Below, piece after piece: positions 47,193-56,131 of a DNA stretch of 64,000 nucleotides. The DNA comes from Polyangiales bacterium (GTDB taxonomy: Bacteria; Myxococcota_A; Polyangia; Polyangiales; Ga0077539). The DNA is taken from contig JBGARZ010000009.1 of the NCBI GenBank assembly GCA_044229975.1, positions 155,947 through 219,946 on the forward strand, given 5' to 3'. The translations under genes were made by a program, and so were the position numbers. The stretch's first letter is position 1. The number at the start of each line of letters is the position of its first letter. Below the pieces are notes generated by a model, which saw nothing but the letters and a program-made list of their open reading frames with translations, was not told the origin of the DNA and searched no databases.

Positions 47193-49106
47193 ATGAGATT
47201 CGAGAGGTTCCTACAGTTCGTCGCGAAGCTCGGCACGACCCTCGCCTCGTACGAACGCGCCGAGGTGCTGAGTCAGTGGATGGAGATGCAGCTCGAAGCG
47301 CGGCGCTTCCGGGGCGTCGACGAGGTTCATCGACGACAGATCCTCGCCGCCCTGCAGCGCTGCGGCGCCTCCGACCAGCAACGAACCTACGCGGCCCTGC
47401 TGCTGCCCTCGCCGCACCTGCCGGCGATGTCGACGGGCGAGGCGTGGCTCCTGCTGGCCGGCGCCGAAGGGGGCTTCGTGACCCGCATGCAGGCGCGTCG
47501 GCCGGGTCATCAAGAGGAGGGTCTGACGCTTCTGCCCGACTCCCAGGTGGCGCTGGCAGAGGCTTCCGAGGGGCTTCTTCGGTCCCTCGCGGATCTCGGC
47601 ATGGGAGGACCCAGACAATCATCTATCAGCCTCGGTATCGCTCGGGTTGACGACTTCGTGATGCCGGACCAGGTCACGGGCGCATCCCTGGGCCTGGCCA
47701 CCTGCATCGCCCACCTGTCAGCCTGGACCGAACAGCCGACGCTGGCGCACGTCGTCGGCTCCGCGATCGTCGATGCCCGGGGGAACCTCCACAAGGTGCA
47801 CAACATCCGTGAAAAGATCGAGGCGCTGCGGCTCCGCTGGCCGATGGTCACCCACCTGGTGGTCGCGAGCGATCAGACCGACGCCCCCGAGGACCAGGGC
47901 GTGACGGTGATCCATTGTGATTCCCTCGAACAGGCGTGGGGCCACTTCGGCCTCTCGTTGAACGGAGTTCTCGCTCCGCTTCCCGTCGATGAACTCCGGT
48001 CGAGGATCGACCGCCTTCCATTGGAGCGATCGAACATCGGCGACCGGGAGACTTGGTCGAAGCTCGCCCTCGATGCGCTCAGCTGGTCCGCCGCGATCGA
48101 GATCGTGCTCAGGTCCGCCGACCTGCCTCAACAGGGCGTAGACGATCTGCGAAGTTATCAGTTCAAGGCATTGGGCTTCGCCGCGCTGTTCGCGTTGCAG
48201 GCGGGGGACACGAGGGCCGCGAGCCGACACCTCGACGCGCTCGACGCCATGATCCAGCGAGGCGAGGCGAGGTGGGACGACGTGGAACTCGAGGTCCGCG
48301 TGTCCGTCGCGATCACCCAGGCCGGCGCCGCCATCGCGCGCCAGACCGACGCCCTCGGCCATGCCAGGGAGGCGGTCAAGCTCGCGGAGGGGCTCGGTGG
48401 TCGGCTCCGTCGGCGCCTGCTCGGGAAGGCGATAGGGACTTTGGGGCGGGCCATTCTTCACGGCGGCGATCCAGCGGGCGCCTGCGACACGTTGAGGGAG
48501 GCGGTGCAGTTCCAACGGACCAACGAACCGGAGGAGGAGGCGCGCTCCCTCTGCTACGTCGCGACGGCCGTTCGGATGGCCGGCGACCCTGCGGCGGCCC
48601 TCGTGCAAGTTCTCACGGGGTTGGAGCTCACCGCGAAGCGTTCGGTGTTCCTGTCGTCGAGGACCACGCGCATGTACCTCCACCTCGAGAAGGGTCGTTG
48701 CGAGCTCGCGCTTGGTCGCTGGCCAGACGCGCTGGCCTCGTTTGACGTGGTGATCGGCGAGGGCAGGCGGGGGCCGACCGAGGAAACCGAAGAGAGGCCC
48801 AAGCGGGACCATGACTACCCCAAGCTGGGCGCGCTGCGCGGCCGGGCCAGCGCCCTCTACGAGATGGGAAGCCGGCGAACGGCCCTAGCCTATTGGAAGC
48901 GCTGCCTCATGGTGGCCGAAGCAGAATCGAATGGCACCGCGACCGGGCAGATCGCGGCGCTGGCGTTGGCCGATCTCCGGCTGACCGGCGACGTTGAGTT
49001 GTACCGGGACCTCGACGCGCAGATCGCCAGCGCATGGAACCGGCATTGGGGGATGGACGCCGACGAGGAGCGGATGCGGCAGACGGTACATAGGGCGGTC
49101 TACTGA
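47193..49106 (+). CDS. Protein with a Lon-like (peptidase S16) Ser-Lys protease domain and a C-terminal TPR-like helical repeat region
   Basis: Residues about 157-225 read PDQVTGASLGLATCIAHLSAWTEQPTLAHVVGSAIVDARGNLHKVHNIREKIEALRLRWPMVTHLVVA. This aligns with the E. coli Lon catalytic region [64 protein letters not shown]. Ser (GASLG) and Lys (REKIEA) occupy the catalytic positions. The C-terminal 330 aa are helical repeats. Confidence 0.6.
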   Translation: MRFERFLQFVAKLGTTLASYERAEVLSQWMEMQLEARRFRGVDEVHRRQILAALQRCGASDQQRTYAALLLPSPHLPAMSTGEAWLLLAGAEGGFVTRMQARRPGHQEEGLTLLPDSQVALAEASEGLLRSLADLGMGGPRQSSISLGIARVDDFVMPDQVTGASLGLATCIAHLSAWTEQPTLAHVVGSAIVDARGNLHKVHNIREKIEALRLRWPMVTHLVVASDQTDAPEDQGVTVIHCDSLEQAWGHFGLSLNGVLAPLPVDELRSRIDRLPLERSNIGDRETWSKLALDALSWSAAIEIVLRSADLPQQGVDDLRSYQFKALGFAALFALQAGDTRAASRHLDALDAMIQRGEARWDDVELEVRVSVAITQAGAAIARQTDALGHAREAVKLAEGLGGRLRRRLLGKAIGTLGRAILHGGDPAGACDTLREAVQFQRTNEPEEEARSLCYVATAVRMAGDPAAALVQVLTGLELTAKRSVFLSSRTTRMYLHLEKGRCELALGRWPDALASFDVVIGEGRRGPTEETEERPKRDHDYPKLGALRGRASALYEMGSRRTALAYWKRCLMVAEAESNGTATGQIAALALADLRLTGDVELYRDLDAQIASAWNRHWGMDADEERMRQTVHRAVY

Positions 49107-49242
49107 ACAGGGGTTGACTGCTCCGGAGGGCCCGGCACCACGACGTCAGATCGGCCCCGGGGTTCGGAGTCCTACGAGTGTTCGGAGACGACGAAGGTCG
49201 TTCCGGGCCGTGGTGGACGGGCTTCGTGCCGGAGGTGTCGTG

Positions 49243-49566
49243 ATGGACCTGTTTCAGTGGCTGTTCGTTTTTCTTCCCTTCGTGGCGTTCTTCTTCTTGG
49301 TGGCGAAGGCCGCGGGCGTAGCGCCGGGTGAAAGCGCCCCGCGCGCCAACTCCCCAATCACACCGCGCCCGTCCTTCGGCAGTCGGGTTCCGAACGACGA
49401 GGAGGCGATCCTGCACCGCCGGCTTCGGAACATGCTGCTCGGTGACGACAATGCCGTCGCTCGCCTGGTGCAGTACGAGCTGTCGACGGGTGGGTGCCGA
49501 ACGAGGACTGCGGCCTACGAGCGCGCCATCGGACGCATCCATGTAGACAACGTTCGTTTCGACTGA
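49243..49566 (+). CDS. Small membrane protein (107 aa, hypothetical)
   Basis: The ATG at 49243 lies 5 nt after GGAGGTG. N-terminal TM helix WLFVFLPFVAFFFLVA. Confidence 0.4.
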   Translation: MDLFQWLFVFLPFVAFFFLVAKAAGVAPGESAPRANSPITPRPSFGSRVPNDEEAILHRRLRNMLLGDDNAVARLVQYELSTGGCRTRTAAYERAIGRIHVDNVRFD

Positions 49567-49653
49567 GCGGTCTCGCGCTCCGGCGGGACGACTACTGTCC
49601 GCGTCAGTTCGCCCCTCACCCAAAGCGTCTGGTGGATCGAACCGGAGACCGCC

Positions 49654-51189
49654 ATGTCACAACTCGATCCCGTCCTCCTCCGCGATACCCGTGCGTACCT
49701 CCTGCTTCGTCTCGGCCGCTGTGCCGAGGTGGATCGCTGCATGGAGCGCCTCGTCAACGCTGCCACCCAGCTGCCCTCGCAGGTCGACCCGGCCGACAGC
49801 CGACAGCGTTGGTTCCACCGCGCTCGTCGGATGTCGGCGGGATTCGGAGAGATCACACGCAAGTTGGTCGACGACCTCCCCTGGGTTCCGCTGCCCGAGG
49901 GGGTCGAGGCTCTTGCTGCGACGCTCCGGCGCGAGCTCACCCCCATTGCCCGTGAGGTGTTGGCGCTGAGGTTTTCACTGGGCTTCGGCGAGCCGTCGAT
50001 CGCCGATCTGATCAACCAGTCGGTCGCGGAGGTCGAGCTCACGTTGGGCGCGGCGATCGGCGTGGCGCGACTCACGATCGGGAGCTTCCACGCGCCGCTC
50101 GGGCTGCTGTTGGGGGCGGTCTTCCGCCTCGACCCGGACCGGGTTCCCTCAATCGGTGACCAGTCGATCGCCGCGGTGGGAGAGGTGATCGACGGTCGAT
50201 ACCGCATAGAGGGCCTGCTCGGTCGCGGCGCCTCGGCGCAGGTCTTCCTGGCCTCCGATCTGCAAATCCGGGGACATCAGGTCGCCCTCAAGCTCATGCG
50301 ACAACCCGTGAGCGATGCGATGGTCGCCGACGCGATACGGCGAGAGTTGGAGATCCTGGCGAGCCTCTGGCATCCGTCGGTGGTGCAGTTGAGGGGGAAC
50401 GGACAACACCGCGGGCGTATCTACCTGACGATGCCGTTTCTCCACGGAGAGACGCTCGCGAATCGGATCGCGCGCCACCCGGCAGGTCTGGGCCGCGCCG
50501 AGGCGCAGCGCATCTTCGTCGCGCTCGCCGGCGCTCTTTCGGCCATCCACGGCGTCGGCGTCCGACACCAGGACCTAAAGCCGCAGAACATCTATCTCGC
50601 GACGATCCCGGGAAGCCTGGAGGAGCATCCGTTGATCCTCGACCTCGGTGTCGCTGCGCGTCACGACGAGCTCGTCGCCGCGGGGACGCCTCCGTACATG
50701 GCACCGGAGGTCGCGCAGGACTTCCTGGCTTCAACCTACGCCGGGGACGCGGCGCGAGTGAGTGAGAAGGCGGACATCTACTCGCTGGCCTCGTGCCTGG
50801 TCGAGGCGCTCGCCCCAGACATCTTCGTTGGACTCGTCGGCGCCGGCGCCTCCCCCGACGCGCTCTTCGAGCGGCGCGCGTCGGGCGTGCTCCCGCGCTG
50901 GACCGACCACCGCCTGTCCGACCTGGCGTCGTCGCTGAGCCGCTGGATGGCGGCCGCGCCTGAGGCTCGGCCGGACGCGGTCGTGTTCGCGCGGGAGCTG
51001 TCCGTCCTCACGGCGCACCCGGGGCGACGCGCGGCCCGGAGGTGGTTCGCGCGGCGGGTGCGCGGCCCGTCCGCAGCGGTCGCAGGCGCGGTAGGGGATT
51101 GGTGGGGCCGCGTGGTTCCAGGCCCTCTGGGGGCTTCGCCTGGTAGCCATCCGTCGACGCCTGAGGCGTCGACGTCAACAGTTGTGTAG
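49654..51189 (+). CDS. Ser/Thr protein kinase with an N-terminal sigma-70 region-4-like HTH
   Basis: N-terminus TPIAREVLALRFSLGFGEPSIADLINQSVAEVELTLGAA resembles sigma region 4. The kinase domain has GRGASAQVF, VALK, HQDLKPQN, DLG, APE and DIYSLA. Confidence 0.85.
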   Translation: MSQLDPVLLRDTRAYLLLRLGRCAEVDRCMERLVNAATQLPSQVDPADSRQRWFHRARRMSAGFGEITRKLVDDLPWVPLPEGVEALAATLRRELTPIAREVLALRFSLGFGEPSIADLINQSVAEVELTLGAAIGVARLTIGSFHAPLGLLLGAVFRLDPDRVPSIGDQSIAAVGEVIDGRYRIEGLLGRGASAQVFLASDLQIRGHQVALKLMRQPVSDAMVADAIRRELEILASLWHPSVVQLRGNGQHRGRIYLTMPFLHGETLANRIARHPAGLGRAEAQRIFVALAGALSAIHGVGVRHQDLKPQNIYLATIPGSLEEHPLILDLGVAARHDELVAAGTPPYMAPEVAQDFLASTYAGDAARVSEKADIYSLASCLVEALAPDIFVGLVGAGASPDALFERRASGVLPRWTDHRLSDLASSLSRWMAAAPEARPDAVVFARELSVLTAHPGRRAARRWFARRVRGPSAAVAGAVGDWWGRVVPGPLGASPGSHPSTPEASTSTVV

Positions 51190-51231
51190 GGTCGGACAGG
51201 TGAGGGGCCGGGACATTGGAGAAGACGGGCA

Positions 51232-54200
51232 GTGATCGATACTGACGTGAGCTCGTTCGAGGCGGTGTTGAGACGAGCGCGGGCGGAGTTTCCGGTGCCG
51301 ATCGCCGATGCGGTGGTCGAATACGAGGGCACACGAGATCCACACGAGCGGATGCTCAAGCTGGTGGAGTTGTTCCGGGCGGCGCTTCGAATGGTGGCCA
51401 CGTGCGCGCTCGCAGCAAGGCTGAGCGTGGGACCTGGGCCGAAGGGGGAAGACGAGCGTCGAGCCGTTGCACTCCTTGAGGAGCTACGACGCCGATCGTT
51501 GACAGACGGCCAGTGGATCGAGCTGACGCGAGAGCTTTTGAGGCCTTGGCGGCTCGCGGCATTGGACCATCCGCTGCCTGAGCTGGTGCACGGATTCGAT
51601 GCGCGGGGTGGTCGCATGGCGCTGTGCTTCGAGACGTTGGTAGCGCTCCGCAATGAGGTACTGCACGGTCCGCGACTCAAGGGCCCCCCACGCCCCATGG
51701 AGGAGATCGTGGGACACCTCATACCCGCACTGGAGGAGAGCCTCGTACTGCTCGCGCCTGTCTGGGCGCGGGTACGGCTGGTCGTGGTGCTCGCGCAACG
51801 TAGCGCGAGCGGTGTACCGCTCGCATGGGAGCTCGTTGGGCAGACGCCGCCGCGCGGCCGTTGGCGCACGATCACGATTCCAGGGACCGAGAGCGTCGAG
51901 GCAGGCGCCGCGATACTGGTCAATGGATCGGGCGCGATGGTTCTCGCGATGAGCGTGGCGCTGGTGGTGCGGCGACCCAGCCCTGGAGCGGTAGAGGAGA
52001 CCTTCTTCCTGGACGGTGGCGAGAAGGGCGAGGCGCGGTACATGGCGCTGCCATCGCCCGCGGTGCTGATGGTGGCCGGTGCATGGGCACAGTTCCGACT
52101 GTCGATGGTGCCAGAGCCTGAAGTGAGCGCGAGCGATAGGGCAGTTCCTGATCGGCCGTACCGGGGACTCGAGAGCTTCGGACCGGAACATGCTGTGCTC
52201 TTCGTGGGCCGGGAGACCCTGATTGAGGCCCTGGCCAATCGCGTTCGGCGGTATGGCCTTGTAACCGTCACCGGGCCGAGCGGCGCTGGGAAGACGTCAC
52301 TGCTTCGGGCAGGCATTGGACCCGAGTTGGCACGTCGCAATCGTCAGCCTGCGCGCGGCGCCCGGTCCCGCAATGGCGATGTCGGGTTGGATTACCATAT
52401 GGTATATGTGCGCCCTGGGGTGAACCCTTGGGGAAGCCTACTGCGTGCGTTGGAACGCGAGTTGACAGACTGGAGAAGTCCGGACGCGGCAGTGCACGAA
52501 GCCGCGACAGGGCTGGCCGCGTCGCTTCGCACGTACGCGCGCGAGCGACGGTGCCGGGTGGTGCTGGCGCTCGACCAGGCGGAGGAGTTGTTCACGTTGA
52601 GAGCGGACATGGAACAGCGCGCGATGTGGGGCGCGCTGCTGATGGGCCTCGGCGAGGACGACGAAGGGCCGACGCGGGTCGTGCTGTCGCTACGTGAGGA
52701 CTGGATCTCGCTGATGGCAACGCTGCCGCACGTAGGTGCGCTGGTGGGGCGTCAGGTCGAGGTGGTGAACCGACCCGACCGGGAGGCGCTAATCCGGGTC
52801 CTGGTAGAACCAGCAGAGCGCTTCGGAGCGCGCTACGAGGAGGGCCTGGTCGACACGATGGTCGACGAGGTGGGAGAGACTCCAGCCGCGCTGGCCTTGC
52901 TACAGTTCACGGCCGATCGATTGTGGGAGATCGGGCATGACGATCGACGGTTGACGCGAGAGGAGTACAAGGCCATCGGCGGAGTCAAGGGCTCGCTGGG
53001 ACGACACGCCGATGAAGAGCTGGCAAGGATGACGACGAGTGAACAGCGCACGGCGCGGGAGCTATTGATTGGAATGGTGACAGCGGCGTGGACGCGATCT
53101 GCGCGGCTGGAGGAGGAGTTGATCGAGGCGGTATCGCGGAAGGACGCGCAGGCGGTTCTGGAGAAGTTGACGGCGGCGCGGCTGGTGACGCGGCAGGACA
53201 ACCCAGCGACGGTGGAGATCGTGCACGAGGCGCTGCTCACGCACTGGCCGCGAATGCAGGCGTGGCGGGCGGAGGACGAGGAGGGAGTGGTCTGGCGGGC
53301 GCGACTGCGGGAGGCCGTGCGGGACTGGAATCGAAGCGGGAATGCGAAGGCGTGGTTGTGGGGCGAAGATGTGTTGGCTGGCTTGGCGCTCTGGGAGGGT
53401 GAGCGGGCCCAGATTTACGGAGCGGACGAGCGCCGATTCATCGAAGCGAGCTGGCGGAAGGTGCGCCAGGCGAACCAACGGCTCTGGATGATGGTCGCCG
53501 GCGTGATGGCGGTGCTTGCGGGAATCAGCGCGTTCGCCACAGTGCAGTGGCGGAAGGCGCGGAGCCAGGGAAAAGTAGCAAGTCAGCGAGAGGGGGAGGC
53601 GCGTCGAGCAGAGAGGGGGATGGAGTACCGCTCGTTGCTCGCGAGTGCCCGAAGGCTGGAACTGGACGGGAACAATGACAAGGCGCTCGCCATGTGGCTG
53701 GCGGTGCTGGATCGAGAGACAGCATTGGAAGTCAACGCCCACGACGGACTGGAACGGCTGCTCCTGTGGCGTGACCTTGCCAACAACGGCAATGGCACAT
53801 ACTTGCTCCAAGGGCACCAAGGTGAGGTGTCCTCGACGACGTTCTCGCCCGACGGTCGGCGCGTCGTCACCGCGTCCAGCGATCAGACTGCCCGGGTGTG
53901 GGAGGTCGAGACCGGGCGATTGCTGGCTACCCTCCAAGGACATAGAGACATTGTGCACTCGGCGACGTTCTCGCCCGATGGACGGCGCGTCGTCACCGCG
54001 TCCAGTGATCAGACCGCCCGGGTGTGGGAGGTCGAGACCGGGCGATTGCTGGCTATCCTCCAAGGGCATAGAGACATTGTGCGCTCGGCGACGTTTTCGC
54101 CCGACGGACAGCACGTCGTCACTGCGTCCGGCGATCGAACCGCCCGGGTGTGGGAGGCTGGGAGTGGACGCCTGCTTACCACCCTCCAGGGGCATCAAGG

Positions 54201-56073
54201 CTCCGTTGTGTCAGCGGTGTTCTCGCCCGACAGCCAGCGCATCGTCTCCGCGTCAACGGATCGCACGGCGAGGATATGGGACGCTGAGAACGGGCGATTG
54301 CTCACCACCCTCCAAGGACACCAGGCAGAGGTATCCGCCGCAACATTCTCGCCCAACGGGCAAAGGGTTGCTACCGCATCTCGCGATCGCACGGCGAGGA
54401 TATGGGACGTCGAAAACGGACGACTGATCGCCACTCTCCAGGGGCACCAAGCCAGGGTATCCTCTGCAGCGTTCTCACCCAACGGACGACGCCTCGTGAC
54501 CGCTTCTGGCGATCAAACCGCAGGGGTGTGGGAAGTTGAGAGCGGACGATTGCTCACAGCTTTTCAAGGGCACCAAGGGCCGGTATTCTCTGCGACGTTC
54601 TCGTCCGATGGACAACGAGTCGCAACCGCTTCTGACGATCAAACCGCGCGGGTGTGGGAGGTCGAGAGCGGGCGATTGCTTGCCACCCTTAGGGGGCACC
54701 AAGGATCGGTATTCTCCGCAACATTCTCGCCCGAGGGACGACGCGTCGCAACCGCTTCCCGCGATCAAACCGCACGGGTGTGGGAGGTCGAGAGCGGGCG
54801 ATTGCTCACGACGCTCCAAGGGCATCCACAGAGAATGAGTTTTGCGCACTTTTCGCCCGATGGCCAACGAATCGCCGCCGTGTATGGCGATCTTACGGCG
54901 CGGGTCTGGGAAGCTGGCACCGGCCAATTGCTCTATGCTCTCCAAGGGAATCAAGGCGAGATGCTCTCCGCGACGTTCTCGCGGAATAGTCGGTGGATCG
55001 TTACCACCTCTCGGGACACCATCGCACGGGTGTGGGAGGCCAGAAGCGGACAGCTACTTGCTACTCTTCGAGGAGGTACAGAGATCATACACTCGGCGGC
55101 GTTCTCGCCCGACGGTCGATGGATCGTCACCACGTCGAGCGATTGTGCGGCGAGAGTCTGGGAAACCGAGAGCGGTCAACTGGTCGCTACACTCCAAGGA
55201 CACCTGAACTGGGTCAGTTCCGCGGCGTTTTCGCCAGACGGCCAACGGGTTGTCACCGCCTCAATCGATCGCACGACAAGGATATGGAATGCCATGGACG
55301 GTGTTCAGATTGCCGTGCTTGAAGGGCATCAAGATGGGGTGACATCCGCGGCGTATTCGCCAGACGGTCGGAGGGTCGTGACTGCGTCAAACGATCACAC
55401 GGCAAGGGTTTGGGGGGTCGAAGGCGGGCGCCTCCCGGTCACTATGCGGGGACATGTGGGACCAGTGCTCTCCGCAATGTTCTCACCCACTGGGCGAACC
55501 ATCGCTACCCAGGGCCTCAATGACACCGTACGAGTGTGGGACGCTGACAGTGGACAGACGCTCACTACACTTGCTGCATCAGCCAGTGAGATAAGCTCCT
55601 CCTCGTTCTCGACGGATGGGCAGCGAATCGTCACGGTGTCTGCCGAAGACGGCGCTGCAGTTGTCTGGGGAACCAGAGGTGGGCGTCGACTGTTTACGTT
55701 CCAAAGAGGTCCTGGGAGAGTGAACTCCGCCGCGTTTTCGCCAGATGGACGGCGGGTCGTCACCGCATCTTCGGATGGGACTGCGAATGTGTGGGATGCC
55801 GTGGTTCTCACCCCTCCCTTGCTTGCTCGCTGGTTCTTCAGTCGAACCAACTTTCGTGTCTGCCGCAACTCCCTTGACGTCATCGCCGTCGACGTCCCCT
55901 CTCTCCCCAGGATCCGCAACAGTCCCTGGGCGACCGATGAGGAGTGCCGCCGCACCGCGCTCTCTCCCAGTGTGCACACCCCCACCGCTCCGCCTGCTAC
56001 CGATGCAGGTCTACTCCCTGATGGAGCACTCTCTCGCCCGTCGCGCAGCACCACCCCGCCCGCCGTCCGTTGA
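51232..56073 (+). CDS. STAND P-loop NTPase with an N-terminal HEPN-like (Rx4H) domain and 14 C-terminal WD40 repeats; paralogue of the 41444..45967 protein
   Basis: GTG start 10 nt after GGAGA. PYRGLESFGPEHAVLFVGRE...VTGPSGAGKTSLL is the Walker A region. LDQAEE is the Walker B region. A TM segment is present. Fourteen repeats of 42 aa follow, each of the LQGHxxxVxSAxFSPDGxRVVTASxDxTARVWE type. The N-terminus contains LVALRNEVLH. Confidence 0.85.
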   Translation: MIDTDVSSFEAVLRRARAEFPVPIADAVVEYEGTRDPHERMLKLVELFRAALRMVATCALAARLSVGPGPKGEDERRAVALLEELRRRSLTDGQWIELTRELLRPWRLAALDHPLPELVHGFDARGGRMALCFETLVALRNEVLHGPRLKGPPRPMEEIVGHLIPALEESLVLLAPVWARVRLVVVLAQRSASGVPLAWELVGQTPPRGRWRTITIPGTESVEAGAAILVNGSGAMVLAMSVALVVRRPSPGAVEETFFLDGGEKGEARYMALPSPAVLMVAGAWAQFRLSMVPEPEVSASDRAVPDRPYRGLESFGPEHAVLFVGRETLIEALANRVRRYGLVTVTGPSGAGKTSLLRAGIGPELARRNRQPARGARSRNGDVGLDYHMVYVRPGVNPWGSLLRALERELTDWRSPDAAVHEAATGLAASLRTYARERRCRVVLALDQAEELFTLRADMEQRAMWGALLMGLGEDDEGPTRVVLSLREDWISLMATLPHVGALVGRQVEVVNRPDREALIRVLVEPAERFGARYEEGLVDTMVDEVGETPAALALLQFTADRLWEIGHDDRRLTREEYKAIGGVKGSLGRHADEELARMTTSEQRTARELLIGMVTAAWTRSARLEEELIEAVSRKDAQAVLEKLTAARLVTRQDNPATVEIVHEALLTHWPRMQAWRAEDEEGVVWRARLREAVRDWNRSGNAKAWLWGEDVLAGLALWEGERAQIYGADERRFIEASWRKVRQANQRLWMMVAGVMAVLAGISAFATVQWRKARSQGKVASQREGEARRAERGMEYRSLLASARRLELDGNNDKALAMWLAVLDRETALEVNAHDGLERLLLWRDLANNGNGTYLLQGHQGEVSSTTFSPDGRRVVTASSDQTARVWEVETGRLLATLQGHRDIVHSATFSPDGRRVVTASSDQTARVWEVETGRLLAILQGHRDIVRSATFSPDGQHVVTASGDRTARVWEAGSGRLLTTLQGHQGSVVSAVFSPDSQRIVSASTDRTARIWDAENGRLLTTLQGHQAEVSAATFSPNGQRVATASRDRTARIWDVENGRLIATLQGHQARVSSAAFSPNGRRLVTASGDQTAGVWEVESGRLLTAFQGHQGPVFSATFSSDGQRVATASDDQTARVWEVESGRLLATLRGHQGSVFSATFSPEGRRVATASRDQTARVWEVESGRLLTTLQGHPQRMSFAHFSPDGQRIAAVYGDLTARVWEAGTGQLLYALQGNQGEMLSATFSRNSRWIVTTSRDTIARVWEARSGQLLATLRGGTEIIHSAAFSPDGRWIVTTSSDCAARVWETESGQLVATLQGHLNWVSSAAFSPDGQRVVTASIDRTTRIWNAMDGVQIAVLEGHQDGVTSAAYSPDGRRVVTASNDHTARVWGVEGGRLPVTMRGHVGPVLSAMFSPTGRTIATQGLNDTVRVWDADSGQTLTTLAASASEISSSSFSTDGQRIVTVSAEDGAAVVWGTRGGRRLFTFQRGPGRVNSAAFSPDGRRVVTASSDGTANVWDAVVLTPPLLARWFFSRTNFRVCRNSLDVIAVDVPSLPRIRNSPWATDEECRRTALSPSVHTPTAPPATDAGLLPDGALSRPSRSTTPPAVR
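53808..54183. repeat. Three near-identical 126 bp tandem WD40 repeat units inside the 51232 gene
   Basis: Units at 53808, 53932 and 54058 are more than 95% identical over their last ~95 nt. They diverge mainly in a roughly 20 nt patch encoding HQGEVSST, HRDIVHSA and HRDIVRSA. Confidence 0.8.
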
Positions 56074-56131
56074 TCGCGGCGCTCGTGCGACAGCGGCCTG
56101 ACCTGCTCGCCCCGAAGCCCATGCTTGCGCT

